The notes beneath the pieces are model-generated. The model was not told the DNA's origin, ran no database searches, and was given only the letters and a program-made list of their open reading frames with translations. A stretch of 63,401 bases of DNA, filler included, from Octopus bimaculoides (taxonomy: Eukaryota), in the NCBI RefSeq assembly GCF_001194135.2. It is 4 parts of 4 records of this genome, joined end to end, with 100 filler letters (N's around TTAATTAATTAA, not from the genome) between each part and the next. Parts side by side here need not be neighbours in the genome. Positions count along the whole stretch, not along the records: positions 1 to 16,019 come from NC_068994.1; 3 more parts are not named here. One strand, given 5' to 3'. Shown in pieces: positions 1 through 10,659 of the stretch. The stretch's first letter is position 1, and every line of letters begins with the position of its first letter. Made by a program: the position numbers and the translations under genes.

Positions 1-2
1 GT

Positions 3-80
3 TGTTTTCTGGATACTCCTCGTGTGCCGATTCTGCCCATAAAGAAGGAAAAAATAATACAATGTGGCTGTAGGTCATAA
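3..80 (+). CDS. Candidate last coding exon fragment of a cystine-knot protein (DAN/NBL1-like C-terminus), cut by the window start
   Basis: Frame 3 reads CFLDTPRVPILPIKKEKIIQCGCRS* (TAA 78-80). The terminal CxC and C..PRV....EKI..CxC spacing resemble NBL1/DAN C-termini from memory. Only 25 aa are visible. Confidence 0.4.
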   Translation, partial: CFLDTPRVPILPIKKEKIIQCGCRS

Positions 81-874
81 CACCCAGGCGACACCGTGGT
101 ACATTGCTAGTGTGTGTGTGTGTGTGTTTGTGTGTATAAAAGTATGTGTTATGTGTTTATGCATGTATGTGTATTTATTATATATGTGTGTATTTATGTA
201 TATGTATTGTATGCATGTATACATTTTGTATGTATATAAGCATGCATGTGTGTATCAATTGGTCGAAAATATAATTATTCTCACCCTTATCTAGTAATAT
301 ACTGAATAATCTAGGATTAGGAACTTCGGAAGTGACGATATTTGTCGTTCTCTTGAGAAAATAGCTTAGCTCTCCATGTCATATCCTGAGTCAACATAAC
401 CTGCCCACAAATTTAAAGTGACATTTTATTACCTGGGAACAGGTCACGAGATTTTATTAATAACTTACTAATTATTTTCGATTTTAGGTATATACAAGTA
501 GTTAAACTTTTACTTGTTTTATTGTGTGAGAGCATTTAGCTTTTGTTTAAATCGTGCGTAAATATTGTTGCTGTCTGGGAAATTATTCGTTACAAAGTAT
601 TAGGAAACGCCCGACTTCATTTTCATATCTTTCAAGTCTTTTGAAATCTGGATAATGAACTGTCTCTTACTGCAACTAAAACTATGAAAGTTTGAAAATC
701 AACGAAACAATATAATCTTGTATAGCAAAATACAACTAGGCAAATCATTTCAAAAGTAGTTATAAATCGAAAACTTACGCGCTGTACCTCATGGCCACAA
801 TCAAATGATTGAAACAAGTAAAAGAGAAAAAGAATATCAATACACATACACTGAGGCATGCACACACACAAATA

Positions 875-926
<52 letters not shown>

Positions 927-958
927 GAGAGAGAGGGGGGGAGAAAAAGAGAGAGAGA

Positions 959-1412
959 TTAGGTAATCCCATGAATAATGCAGTTTTTTTTATACTTCTT
1001 TTATTTTTCAAAATTAAGACAAAGTTCTTTTTTAATGTAAAATATACTCTCCTTCATTTTCTACAATGCTTTTCCATCTATCTGGTAAACTTGCAAGTCC
1101 CCTCTTCCGAAATTCACTTGTCTGTGACGAAAAAAACTCTTCCAGTACTGTTCTGACCTCGTCTCCAGAATGCATATTTTTTCCGTCCAAATTATTTTGA
1201 AGACTGCGGAATAGATGATAGTCAGATGGGCAATGTCCAGCGAATATGGTAGGTGGGGCATCGTTTCCCATTCAAACTGCTCCAGCCCTTGGAATGTCAT
1301 TCTCGCTGTATGTGGCCAAGCATTATCCTGATGGAAGAACACCTTTCGTCTTCAAACCAAAGATGGTTGTTTTTCTTCTATCGCTGACTTAAGCCGCTCA
1401 AGCTTCTCGCAG
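959..1412 (-). mobile_element. Mariner (DD34D) transposon fragment: 3' part of transposase plus one TIR
   Basis: Minus frames give FHQDNAWPH, HLPYSLDIA, PSDYHLFRSLQ and WKSIVENEGEY. The end TTAGGTAATCCCATGAATAATGCAG matches the copy at 14887, and homology stops near 1412. Confidence 0.9.
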
Positions 1413-1506
1413 TATTTACCGCAAATACGCGGTAAATTTGGAAAATTAGATATTCGAATATGAACCATGCTCTCTATTTGACTCGTATCTCGAATGTTGT
1501 CTGGTC

Positions 1507-1588
1507 ATTCTGCTGATGATAGTCCGACCTTTTGTGAGATATATAATTTTTATCTTACTAAAATTGACTTGAAACCATGGTACAGAAT
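1507..1588 (+). ncRNA. Type I hammerhead ribozyme, canonical core
   Basis: ATTCTG(1507-12) CTGATGA(1513-19) tAGTC..GACTt (helix II) GAAA(1571-74) CCATGG(1575-80) TA(1581-82) CAGAAT(1583-88). Helix I is a perfect 6 bp, helix III is a palindrome and the triplet is GUA. Confidence 0.85.
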
Positions 1589-2182
1589 ATAGATCGGTAA
1601 ATGTTTTTATTTTTCATTCCCTTTCGAAATTATCCCTACTTTTTGTGGTATGTANNNNNNNNNNNNNNNNNNNNNNNNNNNNNNNNNNNNNNNNNNNNNN
1701 NNNNNNNNNNNNNNNNNNNNNNNNNNNNNNNNNNNNNNNNNNNNNNNNNNNNNNNNNNNNNNNNNNNNNNNNNNNNNNNNNNNNNNNNNNNNNNNNNNNN
1801 NNNNNNNNNNNNNNNNNNNNNNNNNNNNNNNNNNNNNNNNNNNNNNNNNNNNNNNNNNNNNNNNNNNNNNNNNNNNNNNNNNNNNNNNNNNNNNNNNNNN
1901 NNNNNNNNNNNNNNNNNNNNNNNNNNNNNNNNNNNNNNNNNNNNNNNNNNNNNNNNNNNNNNNNNNNNNNNNNNNNNNNNNNNNNNNNNNNNNNNNNNNN
2001 NNNNNNNNNNNNNNNNNNNNNNNNNNNNNNNNNNNNNNNNNNNNNNAGAGAGAGAGAGAGAGAGATGAAAAATTTGGAGGGAGATTCCACGTGGTGGGAG
2101 ATATAAAATAAGATTTAAGGTGAAAAGCACAGAACACTTGTTTGTGAAGATAAAGATTATGTAATCCATTACAATATGTACA

Positions 2183-2216
2183 GAGTCGACTGGCTTCGCT
2201 TCGCTAATCATGAATC
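2183..2216 (-). ncRNA. Decayed copy of the A3:U8 minimal hammerhead in the inverted left arm
   Basis: Minus strand reads GATTC ATGATTA GC GAA GC GAAG CCAG TC GACTC. Confidence 0.5.
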
Positions 2217-3752
2217 AGTGGTATGAAATCATGATAAGTTATTCATTTAATCTTGCATAGAGGCAAGTATGATACAACTCTGCGGTTATACAGGAGAGTA
2301 TATCTCAAGAGGAATAGAATTTATTCTCCAGCAAAATTACTTCATGTTTGACTCCAATGCATACCGACAAAAATTTGGAGTTGCAATGGGAACAAAGGCA
2401 GCCCCCGTTCTTGCAAACCTGGCAATGGGCTATTGGAACTAACAGTATATCAGGAGTCATTCACAAAATTCGGAAATCCCCTTTCCCAATACATAAAGCA
2501 AAATTGGAAAAGATATTTAGATGACTGTTTCATTCTATGGAATGAGAGCATGGAGAAACCTTTGGAATTCAAAAGATTTCTCAATAGTATAAATACAAAT
2601 ATACAATTCACGATGGAACGCAACAAAAAGGGACTCCCTTTTCTAGATATACTCATCAAAAAAGTAAATAAAAAATAGAAACCGACATATTTTATACAAA
2701 ATTGCAGACTCGAAACAATGCTTATTATTTAGCTCATGCCACCCGAGACATATCAAAATAAATATCCCATTCAATCTAGCGAGAAGAATATGCACTATAG
2801 TGTCGGAAAAAACACCAGAAAACTCAGACTACAAGCACTCAAAAACATACTCATCGACGGACACTACCCAACTTCGCTTATCGATGATGGGATAAAACGT
2901 GGAAAAAAGAATTAATATACAAATACTAAGAGAGGTCAAACAAAACAACACACCCACTTTAAATATATTACCTTATATTTCCACATACAACCTCAGAAAC
3001 AACGAAGCATATAGCAAAACCTTCCAATACTACATAAAGACTCTAAGCTGTATGAAATTCTACACACCGATAAAATTATTAAAAGCAACAAACGGCCAAA
3101 ACCACTAAAGCGGATACTCACAAATGCAAAACAATACTTAAAAATAACGGAAGCAAGAGTTAAAAAACGTGGACGACCGAACTGTGGAGCATGTCCCAAC
3201 CTAATGGAAGGCTCAGAATTCCATTTTAAACAAAGACAAAAATTAAAACTAATTTCTTTTGCGCCTCTGAAAATCTCATCTACATCATAAAATGTTCCGG
3301 CTGCAGCAGGAATTATATAAGGTTAACAGGAAGTCTCGAAGATGTAGATCTACACTACATAGACAACAATCTACTACCTCTAATACTGTCAAATGCCATT
3401 CAGTGGTCACATAGACAGATGTACTAAGAAACGCCAACCATAATTCACAATATTCCCGCTATACCAATGCATGGAAAGGACTCAACTAAATAAAGAGGCT
3501 GCATGTATTGAAAAATACAAACCAGAACTATATCATGAATATATAATGGACTTCACAAATAAAAAGCAACCAGAAAAATGGAAAAAATTTACCTCCCCTT
3601 AACTAAGATCCACTGATTATCCCGTTAGCTAAAAAAAATTATATTCATTGATTATCCCCCTTGAGCTATACTCTCCTGTATAACCGCTAAATTGTATCAT
3701 CCTTGCCTCTACGCAAGATCAAATCAAAATCTTACTATGATTTCATAATATT

Positions 3753-3785
3753 GAGTCATGATTAGCGAAGCGAAACCGGTCGACT
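3753..3785 (+). ncRNA. Minimal type I hammerhead-like motif with variant core ATGATTA
   Basis: gAGTC ATGATTA GC-GAA-GC GAAA CCGG TC GACT: helix I AGTC/GACT, 2-bp helix II, palindromic helix III, GUC triplet. Confidence 0.65.
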
Positions 3786-3832
3786 ATATATATGCGTATT
3801 CGCGTTAAGCAAAGAAACAGTAACGAATAAAA

Positions 3833-4030
3833 ATTCCGTAAATATAATTTTATGATTTAAGCTTGTAAACGTACACCGTATATTGGCTTTAGAAAATAGT
3901 CTCATATTAGGACATATAAACCCTCAGCATATAATATTGGGGCATATATACCCCAATATTAGACTAGTTTCTATACCCAATATACGGTGTAAGCTTACAA
4001 GCTTAAAGCTTATAATTATAGTTATGGAAT
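3833..4030. repeat. About 200-bp imperfect foldback (MITE-like)
   Basis: The left arm ATTCCGTAAATATAATT..TAAGCTTGTAAACGTACACCGTATATTGG matches the reverse complement of the right arm. There is an inner hairpin AATATTGGGG/CCCCAATATT at 3933-3960. Confidence 0.8.
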
Positions 4031-4037
4031 ATACATG

Positions 4038-5289
4038 CAGTGGTTGGACAAAATAATGGAAACACCTAGCATCATAGCATCATAATTTTGAAGTATCTAT
4101 AAATAGTCAAAAGCTTGTTTATTTTTACGTTTTTTTTCTTATTTATTATTAGTATCGCTTAATATGCTTTGCTAAAATTGCTGTTTCTTTCCAGATATCA
4201 TCAGAAAAGGTAATTAAAATTCATTAAAATAACACATCTATCGGACTTTTAAAGAGGTCAAATTGTTGGTGTTCGTATGACAGGCGCTAGCGTAACGAAA
4301 ACAGCTGAAATATTTGGTGTACCAAGAAGTACTGTCTCGAAAGTAATGACAGCCTTTGAGAAAGAAGGAAAACCTCCTCGCCGAAACAAAACCCTGGAAG
4401 AAGCCAAAACTTTCAGATAGGGACCGTCCGACTCTCACGTGAATTGTTAGAAAGGATCACAAAAGTACAGCTCTCAAAATTACTGCAGAGCTTAATGACC
4501 ACCTCGAGAACCCAGTTTCCACAAAAACTGTTCTTCGAGAGCTGCACAAAGCCGGATTTCATGTGGGGCTGCAATCAGAAAACCACTACTTTCAAAAATA
4601 AACGTTGCAAAGCGTTTAGAGTGGAGTAAAAACCTACAGAATTGGTCCCTAGAACAGTAGAAGAATGTTATTTTCCCGGACGACACATCCATTACCTTAT
4701 TTCCGAGTATACGTGTGGAGACAGCCAAAAGAAGCATTTGACCCAGACTGCCTTCTTCCAACTGTTAAACATGGAGGAGGATCTGTGATGATCGGTGTGT
4801 GGGGGGGGGGCTATATCTTGGAAATCCGCCGGCCCTTCATGACAGAATTAACAGTCAAGACTATTTAAGCATGTTATCTGATCAAATTTATCCTATAGTT
4901 GTGGAACTGTTTCCGGAGGGAAACGCAATCTTTCAGGATGATAACACACCAATTCACACAGCTAAAGTTGTTACTGAATAGCACGAGGAACATTCTCGTG
5001 AAGTTGAACATCTTATCTGGCCACCACAGTCCCCAGATCTCAATATTATTGAACATTTATGGTGCATTTTAGAAAAACAAGTAAGGAGTCAATATCTTCC
5101 GCTATCACAAGAACTGGAAACTGTTCTAGCTGAAGAATGGACAAAAATTGCTTTGGAAACAATTCAAACTTTTTACGAGTCCATAGCGCGTAGAATTAAA
5201 GCTCTAATTACTGCCAAAGGCGATCCTACCCATATTAAAATAAATTTGTTTGAAATTTTAAGGTATTTTCATTATTTTGCCCAAGCCTG
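4038..5289 (+). mobile_element. Near full-length Tc1 (DD34E) transposon, degenerate transposase about 4230-5240
   Basis: TIRs CAGTGGTTGGACAAAATAATGGAAACACCT and AGGTATTTTCATTATTTTGCCCAAGCCTG followed by TA. Motifs TVKHGGGSVM, FQDDNTPIH and WPPQSPDLNIIEHLW, with stops and frameshifts. Confidence 0.9.
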
Positions 5290-5410
5290 TACATACATAC
5301 ATACATACATACATACATACATACATACATACATGCATGCATGCATGCATGCATGCATACATACATACATACATACATACATACATACATACATACATAC
5401 ATACATACAT
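5290..5410. repeat. (TACA)n microsatellite with a (TGCA)n centre
   Basis: Directly visible, starting at the TA after the Tc1 TIR. Confidence 0.95.
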
Positions 5411-6290
5411 CTTTACTTAAGTCTTTTGATACCCTTTCCATAAAATTCATTTGATTTTGACTGGAAAAAGAAACTAGCTTCATCTCAACCTCCTCCTTTG
5501 AAGTAAGCTGAAGTCCTGCAAAATGATTTTGTAAGCTTCTAAAAAGATGGTAATATTTTGGAGCAAGCTCAGGAGAGTATAGCGGGTGAAGCATAACTTT
5601 CTAGCCAAATTCTTCCAGGTGATTCTTAGTCACTCTTGCAGAGGGGGGTCCGGTATTATCATGCCGCAGGATCACTCCTTTTCTGTTTACCAACGAAGGC
5701 CGTTTTCCTGCAAAACTGGTTTTAAACGTCTTAGCCGCTGGCAGTAAAATTCAGCTGTTATTGTTTGATTGTCATCTAACAGCTTATAATAAACAATTCC
5801 CATCATGTTCCACCATTCACTCAAAAGAATCTTCTTTGGATGCAGATCACTTTGAGCTGTTAGACAGGCCTTGAATTACGGCTAAGCCACTGTCTTTTGT
5901 ACTTAATATTATTGTAGAGAATCCACTCTTCATCTCCAGTAGTGATTCTGTCTAAAAAAGGTGTTTGAAGTTCACGACAATGCAATGAGACTCAGTAGTC
6001 CACGCGTCGTTTGCTATTGTTTTCTGACAGAACCCATCTTCAAGTCTTGGAGACTTAACCAAACCTTGTTATTTGACGATAGATGGTCATAGGGATCACA
6101 TTAAGCTCCTTGCTCAGTTCTCTTGTTGTAATGGTTGGATTTTCATCAACAGTAGCTTGCAATTCCTCAGAATTGAGTCCTTTGGGGCATCCTTCTCTTG
6201 ATTCATCTTTTAGACTTTTTGAAACATGAAAACCATCTTCTGCATGTCCATTCATTTTTGAGTGACCTTGCTACTATGAATGTGATTGTG
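5411..6290 (-). mobile_element. Degenerate mariner transposase, second subfamily, no TIRs seen
   Basis: HPLYSPELAPKYYHLFRSLQNHF and ELQATVDENPTITTRELSKELNV on minus frames. Confidence 0.85.
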
Positions 6291-6348
6291 AATGTTGCAT
6301 GTATGCATGCGAACCCGTTAGTATGACTTGCTCATCACACACACACAC

Positions 6349-6402
<54 letters not shown>

Positions 6403-7189
6403 ATATATTTCCATATTTGTTTATATATGTATGTATGTGTGTGAAGACATAGTAATGAGAATCGAGAGTATACATCTTTAAAATTTATCTATTAAAAAGC
6501 ATTTTCTTCGTGTTACATTCCGACACGTGCGTCTGCTGAATAAGTGCCTTAGAGTCCTTTGATATAATGATTTTGAGTGCATTTATCGATTTAATTTAAA
6601 TCAATTATAGTCCACGCTCAAACGAACACACACACATATATATATAAATAAATATACAGCTTTTTTCAAACTATTTCGTATACGGGTGAGTGAAGCGAGC
6701 TCAAGATTCTAATAGTAAACACAAATTTCTAAGATATACTTTGGCGGGGGAATCTAAAAGACGGACATATTAATTTGTTTCTCCAATTACAGGTACACTT
6801 TTTATAAGTAACTTTATGTTTGTTAATGTCAGAAGTATTATACACTCTGTTTTGAGAATTAAATATTACACTATGAATATTATCGATTTCATAATACACT
6901 GTACTAGGTGTGCCATTAGATACACTTCTCAGGTCATTTATTTCATAGTTGTTATTTGGGCTCAGTTACCTCCCTAACACTAACTTCAATACATTCATAA
7001 GTATTTTCACTACTATTGTTATCAATAGAAACGTTCACTACATTCTAGCACAATTCAGATCATGCCCCACTCCATCTGGATAACTATTATTATTACGAGT
7101 TGCTTTATCCATTATTTGTATTTGAGCTGTTAATAGTTTCTACTGGGACCATATTGGCGAACTCTCAAATTTTCTTAAGGCTACAGGCT

Positions 7190-8915
7190 ACAGGCAATAA
7201 AATGTGCTTGTTAATCCAGATGAGATAGTTGAGTTAAAGAATGACATAAATATTCTTGATTACGAACATACAATTGTTTTTGAATCAATCGAAAGAAAAA
7301 TTAACAATTAAGATGGCCTGATATTTATTGATGTTCCAGGAAGAAAGAGGTGAAACTTACCAGCTGAACTTGCTGCTGAATTTTTCCTCTGTCCGCAAAA
7401 ATTATCGAATTGCGCTTACTTACACCTTTTATTAGTTATTGTAGCTACATTGTTAAGGCCCAGACGGACCGCCCGTTTTCGCTTCAAGTGTTCTAATCCA
7501 GTTAAATACACATCAATCTGATATGTACCTCCTCATGATACAACTGGGCACCTCAGCATGACCCTTAACAGTTGATATGTGGTGAATCTCCAATGTGCCA
7601 CCGACATCGTGATGCTTTGGATCTCACCCTTCAAGAAATAATGAACAATAAACATCTTCTCGGGGGGAAATTATTAAACCCTAGAGGGGATGATTTTATT
7701 CGTTAAATTCTTCCAGTAGTCCGTGAAACTTGACAATTTTTTCTAAGTGATGCATGCTTGTAAACGTCTTTCATTTGGAATTAATGTAACGCTTTGTACA
7801 TTCAGACAAATTTGCGAGTTCTCGGTTGATTGAACAATGATTTTGCTGCACCGAATCAGTTAAACCAAATTGCTTTGCTGGAACTGAGCGAAGGAAATGT
7901 TCAAAATATTGTAAATATTGAATATTTTCTCCAGATGTCATTATTATTCCGCCCTTTCTAACAATGAATTCTAAAGAAAATTTGGTTGAATTTGCTTATA
8001 TTAATCTAGCAAGACACTACGGAAATGAAAGTTATATGTCTTCAAGAGCTATTCTAACAACAAAAAACGATGAGATTGTTGAACAAAATGAGATTGTCAA
8101 TAAACTTTCTGGAAATATGATCCACTAAGAAGCGTAGACTTAGTGGCAGAAGAAAATCAAATTATCTTTTGTCGCACAGAATTTGTTAATTCACTAAATA
8201 TAAGTAATCTACTTCTTGACATTATCAAAACCATGATAGCTGCTCAAGTAATGTTTCTTCGAAATTTAAACCACAGAAATAACCATAGAAATAACTACAG
8301 AAATGGCACACTCGATACACAGGCATCAATGCTACTGACAATTTGCAAATCGTCCGCAAAATTAGCGGTTGATATAGGGAAGGAACTAAGTTCCTTCGGT
8401 TTCCCTTGAAACACCTGACCTTGATTTACCATACGCTCTAAAAAGATTGTAATTTCGTATGAGACTTGCTTTTGTTATGCAAATAAATTAAAGTCAATGA
8501 CAAAGTTTAATGTGTCAGGGAGTGTCTTCCAACACCTGTATTCACATACGGACGCAGCCAAGAGAGTCGGCAATCCACCGAACTTGAGAATATTTGAAGA
8601 TCAAAGAGAATTCAACCACACAACTAGAAAAAACACATAATATGATATTGAAAACAGAATCTTGACTAGGGACACGGAGCAGAAAAAAAGAGTAATATAC
8701 TTTCAAAATAAATGGTTTAGTTAAACAAAAGCTAAATATTATTTATCAAGGCTTCGCTTAGAAAGACGTTCTTGGATTAAAATAATTTACCCAATTCAAA
8801 GTATAAAATTTGTTTTTCTAAAAATGAGGCAAAGTTATTTACTTTCTAATTCCTTCAGTTTCAAATTTTATCGTATTTATTTTTGACGTCAACAAAGCGA
8901 TGCGTACACAACTAG
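7190..8915 (+). mobile_element. Highly degenerate Helitron, PIF1-like helicase C-terminal half, possible 3' CTAG at 8912-8915
   Basis: Remnant motifs IFIDVPG (7321), ESPMCHRH, ALDLTLQEIMNNKHLLGGK, RAILTTKND, TEFVNSLN, QVMFLRNLN..NGT and MRLAFVMQIN. Confidence 0.8.
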
Positions 8916-8998
8916 CATATACATAAATGCAAACATACATACATACACAGACAAACATGTAGACAGGCAGACAGGCAGATAGGTAGAAAGATAAGTAA

Positions 8999-9030
<32 letters not shown>

Positions 9031-9072
9031 TTATATATAAATTTTCATATATACACATATATACCTAAATGT

Positions 9073-9121
<49 letters not shown>

Positions 9122-9340
9122 NNNNNNNNNNTATATATACATACATATGAAAGTATATACACATACATGTATTTGTGTATATATAATTACATATATACAA
9201 ATATATTTACACACACACACATATACGCACATATGTACATAGAATACATACATACATACATACATACATACATACATACATACATACATACATACATACA
9301 TGCATACATATATGTACACATACGCGCGCGCGCATATGTA

Positions 9341-10600
9341 CAGACGATGTCACAAAATTAAGGTAACCAACTTTTTTCAATTTTGCCAAAACAAAATATT
9401 GCTATATTTCGGGTCCGAGCGTTGCAATGCAGTGATAAAGGAAACGCAATTATGACAGTACCACATTTATTCGATATGACCACCTCTGTTTCGAATCACA
9501 GCCTTAAGTCTAGGTGCGAATGCTTCACACGAGGCATGCAGTTGTTCTTGCGGAATCGAAGCCCATTATTGGCGCACTTTTGTCTTGAGAGCATCGAGCG
9601 AAGCATGAGGAGCGCTCGAGACCCTCACCTCCAAAATGGACCAAACAGAAAAATCCAACGGGTTGAGATCTGGTCTTCTTGAGGGCCAGACATCCCTGCC
9701 TATGAACGATGGTGTGTTTTACTGAATTCAGTGTTGTGTCTGCTTGGAACTGTAGGATGGTGCCCGCTCCTATTGGAGGCTCCAAGGTGCACCCTGAAAG
9801 TGCACATTCACCCATGAAAGCAGTTCAGCTTCCAGAATGTCGCTATTGTATTGTTGATTGTTGATTCTTAACAACTGAGTGCACAAAAATGAGGGGAGAC
9901 CAACCATAACTGATTGTAGATTTTGACATCGATGGAGGCAGATATACTCCAAAGTCGGTCATTCTCGTGGTTTACTGTCTGTTCAATTTCAAATTTATTT
10001 TCATCACCAGGTTGGATGAACACCAGGTTGAGCCGCGTGCCTTTGGCAATATGACGCAGGATAAGACGTCTTCTCCCCAGTCTCATGGCCTTATAAATTT
10101 GTGTGAGCTCATGACAGCGGATCATCTTGTAGGGGTAGGTCCTGAGATCCTTCAGCACTCTATACATCGATGTTCGGCTTATTTTTGCTGCGGCAGCCAG
10201 TTTTCAGACGGAACGACGAGGATTTCACGATATCTTTTCTCTAGTACTTTTGATAAGCTGAGGGGGTCTGCACACTTCTCTTCCGGCCACGTTCAGGTCG
10301 ATCCGCGGGAACTAGTCTCTTCAATTTTATTGACAATTTTCCAGACTGTTGATCGGTTAATTTTAAGCTCTCTTTTGTTGTAGCTGTATTAATCTTACTT
10401 CTTTTGTGGAGGGTTATGATTGTGTTTCGGTCTGTAGCCATTATCTAAGTTATAAATTTGAATTTATTTAGTCTGAAACAAAAAGAAGACACACTAAGCT
10501 GGTTGAGTAAAAAGTAAGCAACGTTTTGAACCATGAAGAATTCGTACCAGATTTTTGCAGAGTTTTGAATTTTTTAAAACATTTGTTTTTGCAATTGTCT
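9341..10600 (-). mobile_element. Tc1/mariner-superfamily element of maT (D,D37D)-like type, degenerate
   Basis: Minus motifs RPERGRKRSV, LKDLRTYPYK, DENKFEIEQTVNHENDRLW and PDLNPLDFSVWSILE. Left end is TA|CAGACGATGTCACAAAATTAAGG. The right TIR is only doubtfully present near 10600. Confidence 0.75.
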
Positions 10601-10659
10601 GATAATACAGACGCAGACTTGCCCAATGGATCAATAAATTAACAGTGATTTTTTTCACC

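Larger units (their letters stand above)
2183..3785 (+). mobile_element. Penelope-like element (Neptune-like), 5'-truncated, with about 130-bp inverted terminal copies
   Basis: Frameshifted RT (QKFGVAMGTKAAP about 2368, RYLDDCFILW 2511, LPFLDI, SCHPRHIK), Cys linker (RPNCGACP about 3170) and GIY-YIG (NLIYIIKCSGCSRNYI about 3270). 2183-2312 is the reverse complement of 3657-3785. Confidence 0.9.

Noticed and set aside
3951-3990. GAAA CTAG TC motif on the minus strand of the foldback
   Set aside because: No CTGANGA-like core or helix II upstream.
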